Shown here one piece after another: positions 48,931-58,683 of a DNA stretch of 64,000 nucleotides. Within the stretch, counting starts at the first letter, position 1. Each line of letters begins with the position of its first letter. Source of the stretch: Candidatus Latescibacterota bacterium. GTDB taxonomy: Bacteria; Latescibacterota; UBA2968; UBA8231. The position numbers and the translations under genes are program-made. The notes beneath the pieces were generated by a model. It saw nothing but the letters and a program-made list of their open reading frames with translations, made no database searches and was not told where the DNA came from. Location: assembly GCA_965217585.1 (NCBI GenBank), contig OZ244561.1, positions 5,728,001 to 5,792,000 of the forward strand, written 5' to 3'.

Positions 48931-50003
48931 GCGTTGCACCAGACAAAATCGCCGCTGCCCGCGTAGCCCTCGACGCCCACGTCCGCACCATCGTCGAGTG
49001 GCACTTCAACCCCGAGACCGGATGCCCCTTTTGGCTCTCCTACGCACAACAACTCGACTTCGACCCGCGCGAGAAAATTCGCTCCTACGCCGACTTGGCC
49101 CTGCTCGGCCACTTTGAGGACGAGTGGCTGCGCGGCGGCCCGGTGCGTCAGTGGGTGCCCAAAGCCTACTCCGACGAGCCGATCTATGTCTTCGAGACTG
49201 GCGGCTCGACCGGCTTGCCCAAATACCGCATCAACATCCGCGACTTCCAAACCGACTACGCGCTCTACAGTGAGAGCCTGTCCGAGGAGGATTTTCCCAA
49301 GGGGGCCGACTGGCTGATGCTGGGGCCTTCGGGGCCGCGCCGCCTGCGCCTAGCCATCGAGTATCTCGCTCAGCTACGCGGCGGCTTGTGCTTTTTGGTT
49401 GATCTCGACCCGCGCTGGGTCAACGAACTCATCCGCGCCGGCAAGATGCGCGACTTGGAAGCCTACAAAGCCCACGTCGTCAATCAGGCACTCAAGATCC
49501 TCAAGGCCCACGACAACGTGCAGTGCGTCTTCACCACCCCCCGCCTCCTCGAAGCCCTCTGCGAAAAAGTCTCGCTGCCCAAGCTCGGCATTAAGGGCAT
49601 CTTCTGCGGCGGCACGGAGATGAACGCCCAGTTCCACCGCTTCGCCCGCGAGGAGTTGGTGCCCGGCCTCGCCTTTGTGCCCACCTACGGCAACACCCTG
49701 ATGGGCCTGGCCTGCCCCAAGCCCTTTGACCCGGCCGACGAGTACGCCATCACCTACTACCCGCCGCAGCCACGCGCCGTCATCGAACTGGTTGATCCCA
49801 AAGACCCTTCGCGCAAGGTCGGCTACGGCGAGACCGGCCAAGTCATGCTCACCACCCTGACCAAGGAATTTTTCATGCCCCGCTTCCTCGAACGCGACGA
49901 GGCCGAACGCGCCGAGCCTATTGACGCGTATCCTTGGGATGGTGTTAAAGACCTGCGCTTGCTGACTGAGTTGCAGGAGTCGGTAGTGGTGGGAGTGTAC
50001 TGA
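48927..50003 (+). CDS. EhpF/GriC-like adenylate-forming enzyme (PaaK/LuxE superfamily)
   Basis: WHFNPETGCPFWL, FETGGSTGLPK P-loop, DLDPRWV, GGTE, YGNT, ERD and terminal GVY resemble the EhpF family as recalled. Confidence 0.78.
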   Translation: MSVAPDKIAAARVALDAHVRTIVEWHFNPETGCPFWLSYAQQLDFDPREKIRSYADLALLGHFEDEWLRGGPVRQWVPKAYSDEPIYVFETGGSTGLPKYRINIRDFQTDYALYSESLSEEDFPKGADWLMLGPSGPRRLRLAIEYLAQLRGGLCFLVDLDPRWVNELIRAGKMRDLEAYKAHVVNQALKILKAHDNVQCVFTTPRLLEALCEKVSLPKLGIKGIFCGGTEMNAQFHRFAREELVPGLAFVPTYGNTLMGLACPKPFDPADEYAITYYPPQPRAVIELVDPKDPSRKVGYGETGQVMLTTLTKEFFMPRFLERDEAERAEPIDAYPWDGVKDLRLLTELQESVVVGVY

Positions 50004-50091
50004 GTTGGGCATCCGGCAAATCCCTAAGATGATTGGGAATAGTCGTTCGCTGGTGACGGAGCGCAACAATAAGCTGACACGATGCGGTCGC

Positions 50092-50220
50092 GTCCCGAGC
50101 ATGGGGCACTAGGACTCCATTATGGCGTAGGAGATGGAACCGGGGTGGGGGGACCAGAGCCACCATCTTCTCCAGTAGTTCCAAGGACGCAAGCGGAAGA
50201 TGGCTCGTCCTATCCGACCA
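50092..50220 (-). mobile_element. IS91-family (Y2/HUH) transposase remnant
   Basis: Degenerate WSDRTSH...LELLEKMVALVPPPRFHLLRHNGVL matches the C-terminal IS91 consensus LEKLAALVPPPR.HL.RYHGVL. Confidence 0.65.
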
Positions 50221-50451
50221 ATGGCCATGAATCAGACTTGAGACGCAATTCGTAGTCCCGACGGGTATCTCGACCTCTTCACCTACTGAAATGTCAGGAC
50301 AGCTATCGATGAGTTGCAACAGCGAACGTACAGCATATATTTGACACAATTACTCGCCAGTCCTTCAAACTCGTAGAGACAGCGGTGTCGCCTGTAGAAT
50401 TGGCGAGAGTATTCGAATCTATAGCCAGTGAGTATTGCGAGGAGGATAGTC

Positions 50452-51423
50452 ATGGCAGATGGAGATAAGAAGGTTTGTTTCGTTATTGCGCCCATAGGTG
50501 AAACAGAATCTGATACTCGCGAGCGATCTGATTTGATTCTGGAACACATAATTCGACCTGCTTTGGACTCTTACGGCTACGAAGCCGTCCGTGCAGACAA
50601 TATTGATCGCCCAGGGATCATTACCACTCAGGTAATTCAGCATGTTCTTGATGCACCATTAGTCATTGCTGATTTGACAGAACGGAATCCAAACGTTTTC
50701 TATGAGCTAGCTATTAGACACATCACACAAAAGCCATTCATCCAAATCATACAAGAAGGGGAAGTAATTCCCTTTGATGTTGCAGCGACAAGAATAATAC
50801 ACGTCGATCACAACCATCTCGGTAGAGCAGCAGAAGCAAAAGAAAAAATCGAGGCGCAAATTAGATCCCTTGAAGCAAATCCAGAGGATCTTGAGACCCC
50901 AATTTCTACATCTGTTGATCTCCAGCGTCTGCGGCAGATTGATGATCCTCAAGACCGTTTGCTTGTGGATTCGGTTTCTACTGTGATTCGGTCAGAATTG
51001 TCGAATTTTTTAGAGCTAGTCAATGCTCGTGATAGTGTTTCCTGGCGTGAGGTTCGGTCTCTTATAGAAGAAATGGTATCTACCACTAGGGTGTCACAAA
51101 AGAGACCAGGATCCTCATATGTACATCAGCTTCGCGAGGCCGCGCATCGTCGAAGAGATAAATATAGCTTTCTTCTCATACTCAGTCTCTTCCGAGAAAG
51201 TGTGCCTTGGGTGTACGAATTGGGAATGGAAGCATATAGAAAAATCGAAGGTAGGGATTTCTTGAAGGCTAGGGAGATTTTTGACGAAATGGCTCGGCTG
51301 ATAGATATTTTAGGTGGATCTTTACCAAGACATCTTGTGTTGGTCATCGATGATCTACAAATTTTATTTAGGCAATTCGAAGACCTTTCCTCCCTTGATG
51401 AGAGATCTCCCCAGGTTCTATAA
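50452..51423 (+). CDS. Nucleoside 2-deoxyribosyltransferase-like (NDT/TIR-like) domain protein with helical C-terminus
   Basis: CFVIAPIG, VRAD, VIADLTERNPNVFYELAIRH, IPFDV; SD GAGGAGG; low GC. Confidence 0.75.
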   Translation: MADGDKKVCFVIAPIGETESDTRERSDLILEHIIRPALDSYGYEAVRADNIDRPGIITTQVIQHVLDAPLVIADLTERNPNVFYELAIRHITQKPFIQIIQEGEVIPFDVAATRIIHVDHNHLGRAAEAKEKIEAQIRSLEANPEDLETPISTSVDLQRLRQIDDPQDRLLVDSVSTVIRSELSNFLELVNARDSVSWREVRSLIEEMVSTTRVSQKRPGSSYVHQLREAAHRRRDKYSFLLILSLFRESVPWVYELGMEAYRKIEGRDFLKAREIFDEMARLIDILGGSLPRHLVLVIDDLQILFRQFEDLSSLDERSPQVL

Positions 51424-51667
51424 ATAACTTGTCATATTGAGTGGTTAGTGTACAGAGTTTCATGACAGTAAGGTCAAATTCAGAGGGGTTATGACTACCC
51501 TCATCGAAAAGTACTAGAATGATCCCCTCTGAAGAAGCAGCAAATAGTCAAGTCACCTATGAGATCACGTCAACTAAATGAGATGTCTTATTGACCTCTG
51601 TATTTATAATGGAATGGTGCCTCATTCTTGCTTCGACCCAGACCGTATTCCTTTAGCTATGCAGTCC

Positions 51668-52195
51668 TCAATAGATTGCATTTTTTTCTACCATGCGAAG
51701 TGCCGCCGTGACCACGACTATCGCGTCTTCCTCCACAACACTGTAGAATGACTTATGCTCAGTAATCGCCCGGAATTCCACACTTTCTTCATGCCTCGGC
51801 CTACGAAAGTGAGCGTAGATATTCCGGGTCCTGCGAAGGTTATCTAGGTGCTGATACTCGCTAGTAACAAGCAGACCATGGGTATGTGCTTCTTTCAGTA
51901 GCTTCGAGATACCTGCACGTTTAAGGTCGTTACGGCCCATTGCGTGGAACAACGCCGCAAGAGTTCGTTCAATGTATGTGAGGCCCAAGATAGTTGTCGC
52001 CAAGAACTGGCCGTAAACAAAACAATATCTCATCTCTTCGAAAAGGCTCTTGGCCAGCAAGCCACCGGGAAATGCCCAATACACCGCTTCCGGCGAATTA
52101 TCAATCAGCCAATTGAGCCGCGAAAGCCTGTCTTCGCGACATCGAGTATCTTCAGTATCTAGCCAGTTCGAGGTGGTTGAAGCTTTCTCTGACAA
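51668..52195 (-). CDS. Hypothetical HEPN-like protein
   Basis: TTG start with SD AAGGAGGT; helical; YIERTL and Rx4H motif RNIYAH. Confidence 0.55.
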   Translation of the reverse strand: MSEKASTTSNWLDTEDTRCREDRLSRLNWLIDNSPEAVYWAFPGGLLAKSLFEEMRYCFVYGQFLATTILGLTYIERTLAALFHAMGRNDLKRAGISKLLKEAHTHGLLVTSEYQHLDNLRRTRNIYAHFRRPRHEESVEFRAITEHKSFYSVVEEDAIVVVTAALRMVEKNAIY

Positions 52196-52317
52196 CTCGT
52201 GACCTCCTTCTGTTTCGAAACATCTTCGACCATCAGCTTGGCTGCATGAACCTTATGCCGTAGATCTCACTCGCTGCGGCTGAGGCGAAGCTCTCGGCGA
52301 GACCCTAGCCGAGCACA

Positions 52318-52404
52318 TTAGCCGAGCACATAGTCCTTCTCAACGACATGAGGCAGCAAGCCAAGGGTACCCGCGATATCGAGAATTTCGCGGCGGTCGA
52401 TCAT
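52318..52404 (-). pseudogene. abiEii: AbiEii nucleotidyltransferase toxin, truncated after 28 codons
   Basis: ATGA-coupled to abiEi; MIDRREILDIAGTLGLLPHVVEKDYVLG*. The stop lies at a 13-bp tandem duplication TAGCCGAGCACAT (52306-52331). Confidence 0.8.
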
Positions 52405-53207
52405 GCGGACGCTGCCTTGGCCCAGCTCTCAGGCATAAAGAGACGCCATCGGGATATGAGGCGGCGGCATGAAAGCCCCGGGTCAAGTTTGGCGTTGCCT
52501 TGGGTCAGACGCGCACGGCACGCCTCAACAAGGGCGGTAGTGCCGGATCCGCGTTCTGCCAGAAAGCCTAGGCGCTTGAACACGGCACCATTACCGAGCC
52601 GGTCTGCATAGGCAATCAGCTTGTCATCATCCCTGTCCTTGCGGTCGAAATAGATCGTAAGGCAGTCGGCAACATGCTGGATACCAGCTCCGAGGTCCGG
52701 ATTGTCGATCATGTCGATGATGGTGCGGTGAACGTCCGATACGGCGATCTGGGTTCTTCCACGCCATACGGTCTTCGTGCCGAAGATCATACCCTGCCGG
52801 ACATGCTTTAGGGTGAAGTGTGCGCCATGACGTTGCTGGCTTTTCGCACGCACGGCCCGCGCTGTCATCACAACGATGTCGCGGAAGATCTGCTCCGTCA
52901 GATCCCAGTGTTCGGCAGCAGTCCGGCCGCCGATGTAGGCCGGCTTAAAGAGCGCAGGTACCAGCACCCAAGGATCATCAAGAACCTGCTCGCTGGTAAG
53001 AGAGTCAAGGCCAACTGGTACGTAGGCACCTGGGCCGACGCGCCGCAGCCAGCCCTGCCCGCTCCAACGGGAGAGTAGCTTAGCGGCGTCGGAACGGCTA
53101 ACGCCAAGGGCATGTTCAGCATCGGCGATATGAATGATGTCGCCGGATGCCCGAATAACGGCGACCAACCTGCGGCGTCCCTTAGGTATGGCGATCTCTG
53201 AGCTCAT
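52401..53207 (-). CDS. abiEi: Type IV TA antitoxin AbiEi family transcriptional regulator
   Basis: N-terminal wHTH (GWLRRVGPGAY), YIGGRTAAEHWDLTEQ, SDVHRTIID, KRLGFL. Confidence 0.85.
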   Translation of the reverse strand: MSSEIAIPKGRRRLVAVIRASGDIIHIADAEHALGVSRSDAAKLLSRWSGQGWLRRVGPGAYVPVGLDSLTSEQVLDDPWVLVPALFKPAYIGGRTAAEHWDLTEQIFRDIVVMTARAVRAKSQQRHGAHFTLKHVRQGMIFGTKTVWRGRTQIAVSDVHRTIIDMIDNPDLGAGIQHVADCLTIYFDRKDRDDDKLIAYADRLGNGAVFKRLGFLAERGSGTTALVEACRARLTQGNAKLDPGLSCRRLISRWRLFMPESWAKAASA

Positions 53208-53454
53208 GGCATGTATAGTTATACTGCAAAAAATCGCTTTTTATGTGAATTTTCGTCTATATAATACCTAATGGACGAATTCTCGCAAGAAGACCGTCAA
53301 GCGTACATGTCATCTACCAAGGACAGGCAAATCACAAATTCTTCGACAGCGAGGAAATTTATCTGATGTTTTGGCTACATTTTCCACCCGATAAGGTTGG
53401 CCTCCAGCATAGGCATGTATATCGTCTATACACACACCTATAGAAAAGGAGTAG

Positions 53455-53715
53455 GTGAAAGTGGCCAGAGTTCAGCTAGTGATCCCCGACGAGGACCGTG
53501 ACCGCTTCATCCATCAGGCGCGGAGCGAGGGCATGACCTTGAGCGAGTGGCTCAGGGCCGCCGCCCACCAGCGGCTCGAAGAACAGCAGCGATCCCACCC
53601 CTTCGAATCCCCAGCCGACCTCGAAGAGTTCTTCCGCGCCTGCGACGCGTTGGAAGGTCCCGAACGAGAACCGGATTGGCAGGAGCACTTGGCCGTCATC
53701 GACAAATCGCGGTAG
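53455..53715 (+). CDS. Orphan ribbon-helix-helix (VapB-like) antitoxin
   Basis: RVQLVIPDE..ARSEGMTLSEWLRAA; SD AAGGAG; no toxin ORF follows. Confidence 0.65.
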   Translation: MKVARVQLVIPDEDRDRFIHQARSEGMTLSEWLRAAAHQRLEEQQRSHPFESPADLEEFFRACDALEGPEREPDWQEHLAVIDKSR

Positions 53716-53763
53716 GCACGCTTCTCAACCGCGCCGACAGATATCTTCGGCAGCGACTATATA

Positions 53764-53812
53764 CAATGTGATTTGGGGATCGTCCTCATACGCCGCATCT
53801 ATTTGAACCAGA
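53764..53812 (+). repeat. 49-bp direct repeat, copy 1
   Basis: CAATGTGATTTGGGGATCGTCCTCATACGCCG(C/A)ATCTATTTGAACCAGA; one mismatch to 54810-54858. Confidence 0.9.
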
Positions 53813-53862
53813 TAGCAACTTGACTTTCTCCGGACTGTTGCCTTTGGGCGCACGGAGCCGAT

Positions 53863-53896
53863 AAAAAAGAGCGAGTCAAAAAAGACTCGCTCTTTT
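53863..53896. terminator. Bidirectional intrinsic terminator
   Basis: AAAAGAGCGAGTC-AAAAAA-GACTCGCTCTTTT perfect 13-bp stem between convergent genes. Confidence 0.8.
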
Positions 53897-53931
53897 CATT
53901 TCAACGATTCCTCGTAACGAGGCAGTTTCAG

Positions 53932-54300
53932 TCAGTCCTCAAGTCCAGCAACATTGCGAAAACGATGTCGTCCCGTCTCAACAACGACAAATGCCTCTTT
54001 GAGTTCTGGTTCGGAGTACGTTTCTAAAACGCGTTTCAGTTCCTTGTGAACCGCAGATAGATTTGTGGGATTAAGCCGCAGATAGATGACCCCTGAGCCT
54101 GCACGGGAAATAAACACAAGACGACCAAAATCTCTATCTCGGGTTACAAGAAGCCTGTCATCGTTACGCGCAACACGCAACAATTCACTATCGTCGGTTT
54201 GTCCATGTCCCGATGTACCAGCGGTGACGACATCATGCCCAAGGTCTTCGAGAAATCGAGCTGTAATCGCATAGACGTCGTGATCGAGAAATAACCTCAT
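53932..54300 (-). CDS. DUF5615 PIN-like toxin
   Basis: MRLFLDHDV, GHDV, DSELL, LVTRDRDFG, GVIYLR. Confidence 0.85.
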   Translation of the reverse strand: MRLFLDHDVYAITARFLEDLGHDVVTAGTSGHGQTDDSELLRVARNDDRLLVTRDRDFGRLVFISRAGSGVIYLRLNPTNLSAVHKELKRVLETYSEPELKEAFVVVETGRHRFRNVAGLED

Positions 54301-54305
54301 CGCAC

Positions 54306-54542
54306 CTATGCAATATGAATATCTTCGACCTGCACCACTTCAATCGCATAGTGAATACAGGCGCGAATGTCGTCTTCTTGAAGGTCGGGAAAATAATCAG
54401 AGAGAATCGTCTTAAACGAGATCCCCTCACGCACTAATTCGAGAACGTCAACCACGGGAATCCGAGTGCCTGCAACACAAGGCTTACCAAAATGAATTTG
54501 CGGATCAACCGCAATCCTGCTTCGATAATTTCCATTGTTCAT
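54306..54542 (-). CDS. DUF433 antitoxin
   Basis: RIAVDPQIHFGKPCVAGTRIPV...DIRACIHYA. Confidence 0.9.
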   Translation of the reverse strand: MNNGNYRSRIAVDPQIHFGKPCVAGTRIPVVDVLELVREGISFKTILSDYFPDLQEDDIRACIHYAIEVVQVEDIHIA

Positions 54543-54809
54543 ATCGCTTAGACTCCAATGTAACTTTGTCCCGTTTTTTAGGACTAAGGTCTCCGCCTGC
54601 CTTCAATCTCTGGATCGAAATCGGGTTTCGCAAAAACTCCAAGACTAGTTTTTAGGCTATCTTGATTATTTCAAGCAAGATAGACCAAAGCCAAAACGGT
54701 GTCAAACATATCGTAGCGGTCTTGTAGTCCGGCCCCAAGCGTTTGCACAACTAGCGGATCCATTCGTTCAAACGGCCGCGTCTACAGATATTCTCGTCAA
54801 TGGCTATTT

Positions 54810-54858
54810 CAATGTGATTTGGGGATCGTCCTCATACGCCGAATCTATTTGAACCAGA
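54810..54858 (+). repeat. 49-bp direct repeat, copy 2
   Basis: Matches 53764-53812; weaker similarity extends about 35 bp upstream in both copies. Confidence 0.9.
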
Positions 54859-54989
54859 CGCTCTAAAATCAGACAGAACAACCCGAACAGATACTTTAGC
54901 AACTCAGTCTCTGTGATAACACCGGCGCATTCAAAATGCAACTCATCAACGCCTTCAGGAAAATCAGTACTAGACCAGCCTTCATCTAC

Positions 54990-57134
54990 TCATTTTTTCC
55001 TCCAATGCTGAAGTTGAAAACCAAAGCGTGCATGTCGCCCAGCGGCTGGGTAGAAGTAGGTATGGCCACTTCCCGATGCGTCGGGATACCCCGTTGTACT
55101 GTAGGATTGACCAAAGATATTGAATACGTCAAATGTAGCGGCAACTATACCCACTTTATATTTGAGCCGAACATCCACAGTGCTATAGTTGGGCAGTGTA
55201 ATCGCATTCGCGTCATCGAGAAAAATGCGGTTCGACGATTTAATGACGATGCTCCCACCCAAGCCGGACTTATGGGCAGCGTTGACACCGCCGTAGATCA
55301 CATCACGTGGGATTGCCTTCAAGAATTTGCCTGCATACTCGCCAATTCGAGATTTAGCGGCTTGGTGGGTGTAGTTGAGAAACAAATTCAGGTTCTGCTT
55401 CATCGTAAGCCTGAGACCAGTTTCAACTCCCTGATGGCGGCTTTTGCCGATATTCACGTACTTGAGCTGCTGAAGGTCAAAATCCAGCTCATCCTGCATG
55501 TCCATGGTATATGCTGCGAGCGAAAATTCGCCGTAGAGGTTCGGGGACAGCACCGCGCGATGATAACCGCCCACCTCGATAGATGTCCCAAACTGCGGAT
55601 TTAGGTCACCGCTTGAAAGCAAAACTTTGAACGGGGGATCTGGCGGGACTTGAAAGATGATTGAACGCTGGTCATAGAGCTGATCCAGTGTTGGAGCTTT
55701 GAACGATCGCGCAACGTTGGCGTATAGGTTGCCGATATGCCGCTCCGTTTTTACATAGCGGAAATTCGCTCCCGCTTTTGGACTTAACTCCGAGTGAGTT
55801 GTTGATTGTTCCTCCCCTTCACTCGGCGATTTAGGGGTAAACCGATCGCGAATTATATCGGCGCGCACTCCCAAGATGACGCGTAGTGTTTGCATCGGCG
55901 TAAGTTCGTACTGCAGGAACCCAGCAGCCGAGCGTCGAGTGCTAGCTCCCTTTTCCGCCAATTCGCCGCGCGCAACGGAATTCATCTCACTATAGTCAGC
56001 CAGTCCGCCAAGGAGGAACTGATAATACTCAGACGAGAGCGAATGCACTCCCGCGTCCATGCCAAGAATGAGGCGATTTTTTCCGGGAAGCCCTAGTTGG
56101 TCGAACGTCAGTTGCAGCGAACTCGTGAGGCGTGAGGCCGTAAGTAAACGATTCTTGGTGTCGGCAAATTCGGGGCTCAGTTGCAGGGTCCTGACCGCAT
56201 CGGAATCGCGAATCTCTCCGGCAACCGCGCCGGAGAATTTGGCCCTATCGCGAAGATTATAATCACCTGTTATCGCCGCACGATGCGTTTGGTCGGTGGT
56301 ATGGTCAAATTTGTAGAACGGTGTTGACTGGGAGCGGGAGTTGTCTAACTCAGCGCCAGTCAACGGGCCGGGTTCGTCAAATTGCTGGAAGTGATGCGTT
56401 GTTGAAACGGCAAGTGAACCGTTGGGTTTTTGCAGTAGCGTAAAGGAACCCCCAAGATTTTCTGCTGTGCGGTCAGCATGTTCTCGAAACCCAGTATGCC
56501 GCTCCCCCGATCCGAATGCCACATACTTGCGCCCATTCCAAAGACCGCTTGTTCGCGCCTGTCCGCCCAGGGACCCAAAGTTGCCACCAGTTACTGAAAT
56601 CTGCGTTAGGGGTGCATGATCGCCAGAGGTGACAACGTTGACAACTCCACCAATCGCAGAATCGCCGTACAGCGAAGACGCGCCCCCGCGCAGAAATTCA
56701 ATTGAGCTAATACTTGCAAGCGGAATGGCATTCCAATTCATCAACCCTTTCTCAAGCTCATTGATCGGCCTTCCATCGATCATAATCAGCAGATACTCCG
56801 CTTCGCCACCACCGTAAAAACCGCGCAGCGTTGCCAACGGATCGCGCCCTAGCCCATCGCGGTTCAAAAACGAAATTCCCGGCAAAGTTTCCAGCGCAGC
56901 GGCGAGATTTTTTAGTGGCAATAATTCCATCTCAGCGCTGGTACGCACCGACACAGCAGCGGTAGATGCAAGAAGCGAGTTTTCCATCCGCTCCGCGGTA
57001 ACAACCGTTTCTTCAAGTTGATAAATCCTGTCAGAATCATCCTGTGCAACCGCACGGTCTAGGAAAACCAGCGATAATTGATTCAAGATACAGATGGCAG
57101 CCAAGACGAATAAACTGAGACGCAGATTAAACAT
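54990..57134 (-). CDS. TonB-dependent receptor
   Basis: Signal peptide, TonB box ETVVTA, plug motif IEFLRGGASSLYG..AIGGVVNVVT, FKAPTLDQLY, NIF...GRH. Confidence 0.9.
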   Translation of the reverse strand: MFNLRLSLFVLAAICILNQLSLVFLDRAVAQDDSDRIYQLEETVVTAERMENSLLASTAAVSVRTSAEMELLPLKNLAAALETLPGISFLNRDGLGRDPLATLRGFYGGGEAEYLLIMIDGRPINELEKGLMNWNAIPLASISSIEFLRGGASSLYGDSAIGGVVNVVTSGDHAPLTQISVTGGNFGSLGGQARTSGLWNGRKYVAFGSGERHTGFREHADRTAENLGGSFTLLQKPNGSLAVSTTHHFQQFDEPGPLTGAELDNSRSQSTPFYKFDHTTDQTHRAAITGDYNLRDRAKFSGAVAGEIRDSDAVRTLQLSPEFADTKNRLLTASRLTSSLQLTFDQLGLPGKNRLILGMDAGVHSLSSEYYQFLLGGLADYSEMNSVARGELAEKGASTRRSAAGFLQYELTPMQTLRVILGVRADIIRDRFTPKSPSEGEEQSTTHSELSPKAGANFRYVKTERHIGNLYANVARSFKAPTLDQLYDQRSIIFQVPPDPPFKVLLSSGDLNPQFGTSIEVGGYHRAVLSPNLYGEFSLAAYTMDMQDELDFDLQQLKYVNIGKSRHQGVETGLRLTMKQNLNLFLNYTHQAAKSRIGEYAGKFLKAIPRDVIYGGVNAAHKSGLGGSIVIKSSNRIFLDDANAITLPNYSTVDVRLKYKVGIVAATFDVFNIFGQSYSTTGYPDASGSGHTYFYPAAGRHARFGFQLQHWRKK

Positions 57135-57285
57135 AAATGCAGATCCTCTGGCAGAGCATCGCTCTATTCCCGGTACGATTCAATCTGAAAACGACGCCTT
57201 TTCCGACGCCCCAAACTATTGCAGATTAGATTATAGATTATAGCTCGCAACGGCTTACTCTAACTCTAACCCAAAATCCAAACTC

Positions 57286-58683
57286 ATGCACCTACCGCTC
57301 CTCCGCGCCGGCCAGCCCTACACCAGCCTCGACCGCCTCGCCGTCGCCCACATCGCCACCGGCCAACCGCTGGCCCAAGTCAGCCAAGCCAACCGTGGCT
57401 TGATCGCCCGCGACTTAGCTGCCCAAGAACGCAACCACCAGGTACTGCAAGCCCTCACCGTCGCCGAATTGGTCGCCATCTCCCAACGAGCCGCCGACCT
57501 CTTCTTGCGCGCCGAGTTGCCCTTAGGCGACAGCACCCAAACCCCAGACGACTACGTCGCGCAAGTCTCGGCCACCACCGGCCTACCGCAGTCGCTAGCC
57601 CGCGCCAACATGGACAAAATCCACCGCGTCGGCGTCGAAATGCCCGCCGTGCTCAGCGGCCTAACCCGAGGCTTGGACCTGACCATCCTCGACGACGGCC
57701 CAAGTCCGCTCCACTTCGTGCCCCACGCCCACGCCCTCGGCTGCATCCTACCGAGCAACTCGCCCGGCGTCCACGCACTGTGGCTACCGGCCATCCCGCT
57801 CAAGACGCCGCTGGTGCTCAAGCCAGGCCGCGAAGAGCCGTGGACTCCTTACCGCATCGCCCAAGCCCTAATCGCGGCCGGCTGTCCACCCCACGCCCTG
57901 AACTACTACCCAACCGACCACGGCGGCAGCTCCGAAATCCTGCTCCGCTGCGGCCGCTCCCTGCTGTTTGGCGGTGGCGCTACCGTTGCCCCCTGGCGCG
58001 GCGACCCCCGCGTCCAACTGCACGGACCAGGGCGCAGCAAGATCGTCATCGGCGCGGACAAAATCGACCAGTGGGAGCACTACCTCGACCTCATGGTCGC
58101 CTCAATCGCCGCCAATGGCGGCCGCTCCTGCCTCAACGCCTCTGGCATCTGGGTGCCCGCCCGCGGACGCGAAATAGCTGTCGCCCTCGGCGAGCGTCTG
58201 AGCCAAATCCAAGCCCGCCCCCTCGACGACCCCCAAGCCCAAATCGCCGCCTTCCCCAATCCTGCAGGAGCGCGCCAGCTCTCAGCCCTAATCGCCGCCC
58301 AGCTCGGCGACGCGGCTCAAGACACAGCTAGAGACCAGGGCGAACGCATCGCCGAGATCGGCGGCTGCACCTTCCTCAACCCGACCTTGATCCACACCCC
58401 CGACTGGCAACATCCGCTCGCCAACACCGAATATCTCTTCCCCTTTGCCGCAGTCGTCGAAGTCCCGCAAGAAGAAGTAGTCACGCGCATCGGCCCGACG
58501 CTGGTAGCTACCGCTCTCACCGAGGATGAGTCCCTAACGCACCAACTGCTCGCCACGCCCCACATCGAACGCCTCAACCTCGGTCCGATCCCCACCCACC
58601 AAATCGCTTGGGATCAGCCGCACGAGGGCAACCTCTTCGACTTCCTCTACCAGCAACGCGCCTTGCAGCGCAGAGCCGGATGA
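57286..58683 (+). CDS. Aldehyde dehydrogenase-fold protein (GriD/EhpG/LuxC-like acyl reductase)
   Basis: LPSNSPG, LKPG, LFGG, HGPGRSK (lacks the usual ELGG Glu), catalytic Cys in GGRSCLNAS, EYLFP. Confidence 0.78.
   Translation: MHLPLLRAGQPYTSLDRLAVAHIATGQPLAQVSQANRGLIARDLAAQERNHQVLQALTVAELVAISQRAADLFLRAELPLGDSTQTPDDYVAQVSATTGLPQSLARANMDKIHRVGVEMPAVLSGLTRGLDLTILDDGPSPLHFVPHAHALGCILPSNSPGVHALWLPAIPLKTPLVLKPGREEPWTPYRIAQALIAAGCPPHALNYYPTDHGGSSEILLRCGRSLLFGGGATVAPWRGDPRVQLHGPGRSKIVIGADKIDQWEHYLDLMVASIAANGGRSCLNASGIWVPARGREIAVALGERLSQIQARPLDDPQAQIAAFPNPAGARQLSALIAAQLGDAAQDTARDQGERIAEIGGCTFLNPTLIHTPDWQHPLANTEYLFPFAAVVEVPQEEVVTRIGPTLVATALTEDESLTHQLLATPHIERLNLGPIPTHQIAWDQPHEGNLFDFLYQQRALQRRAG

Noticed and set aside
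48927-50003. Phenazine or lux biosynthetic cluster
   Set aside because: No phz core genes or luxAB/luxD occur in the window; only the adenylation and reductase-like pair is present.
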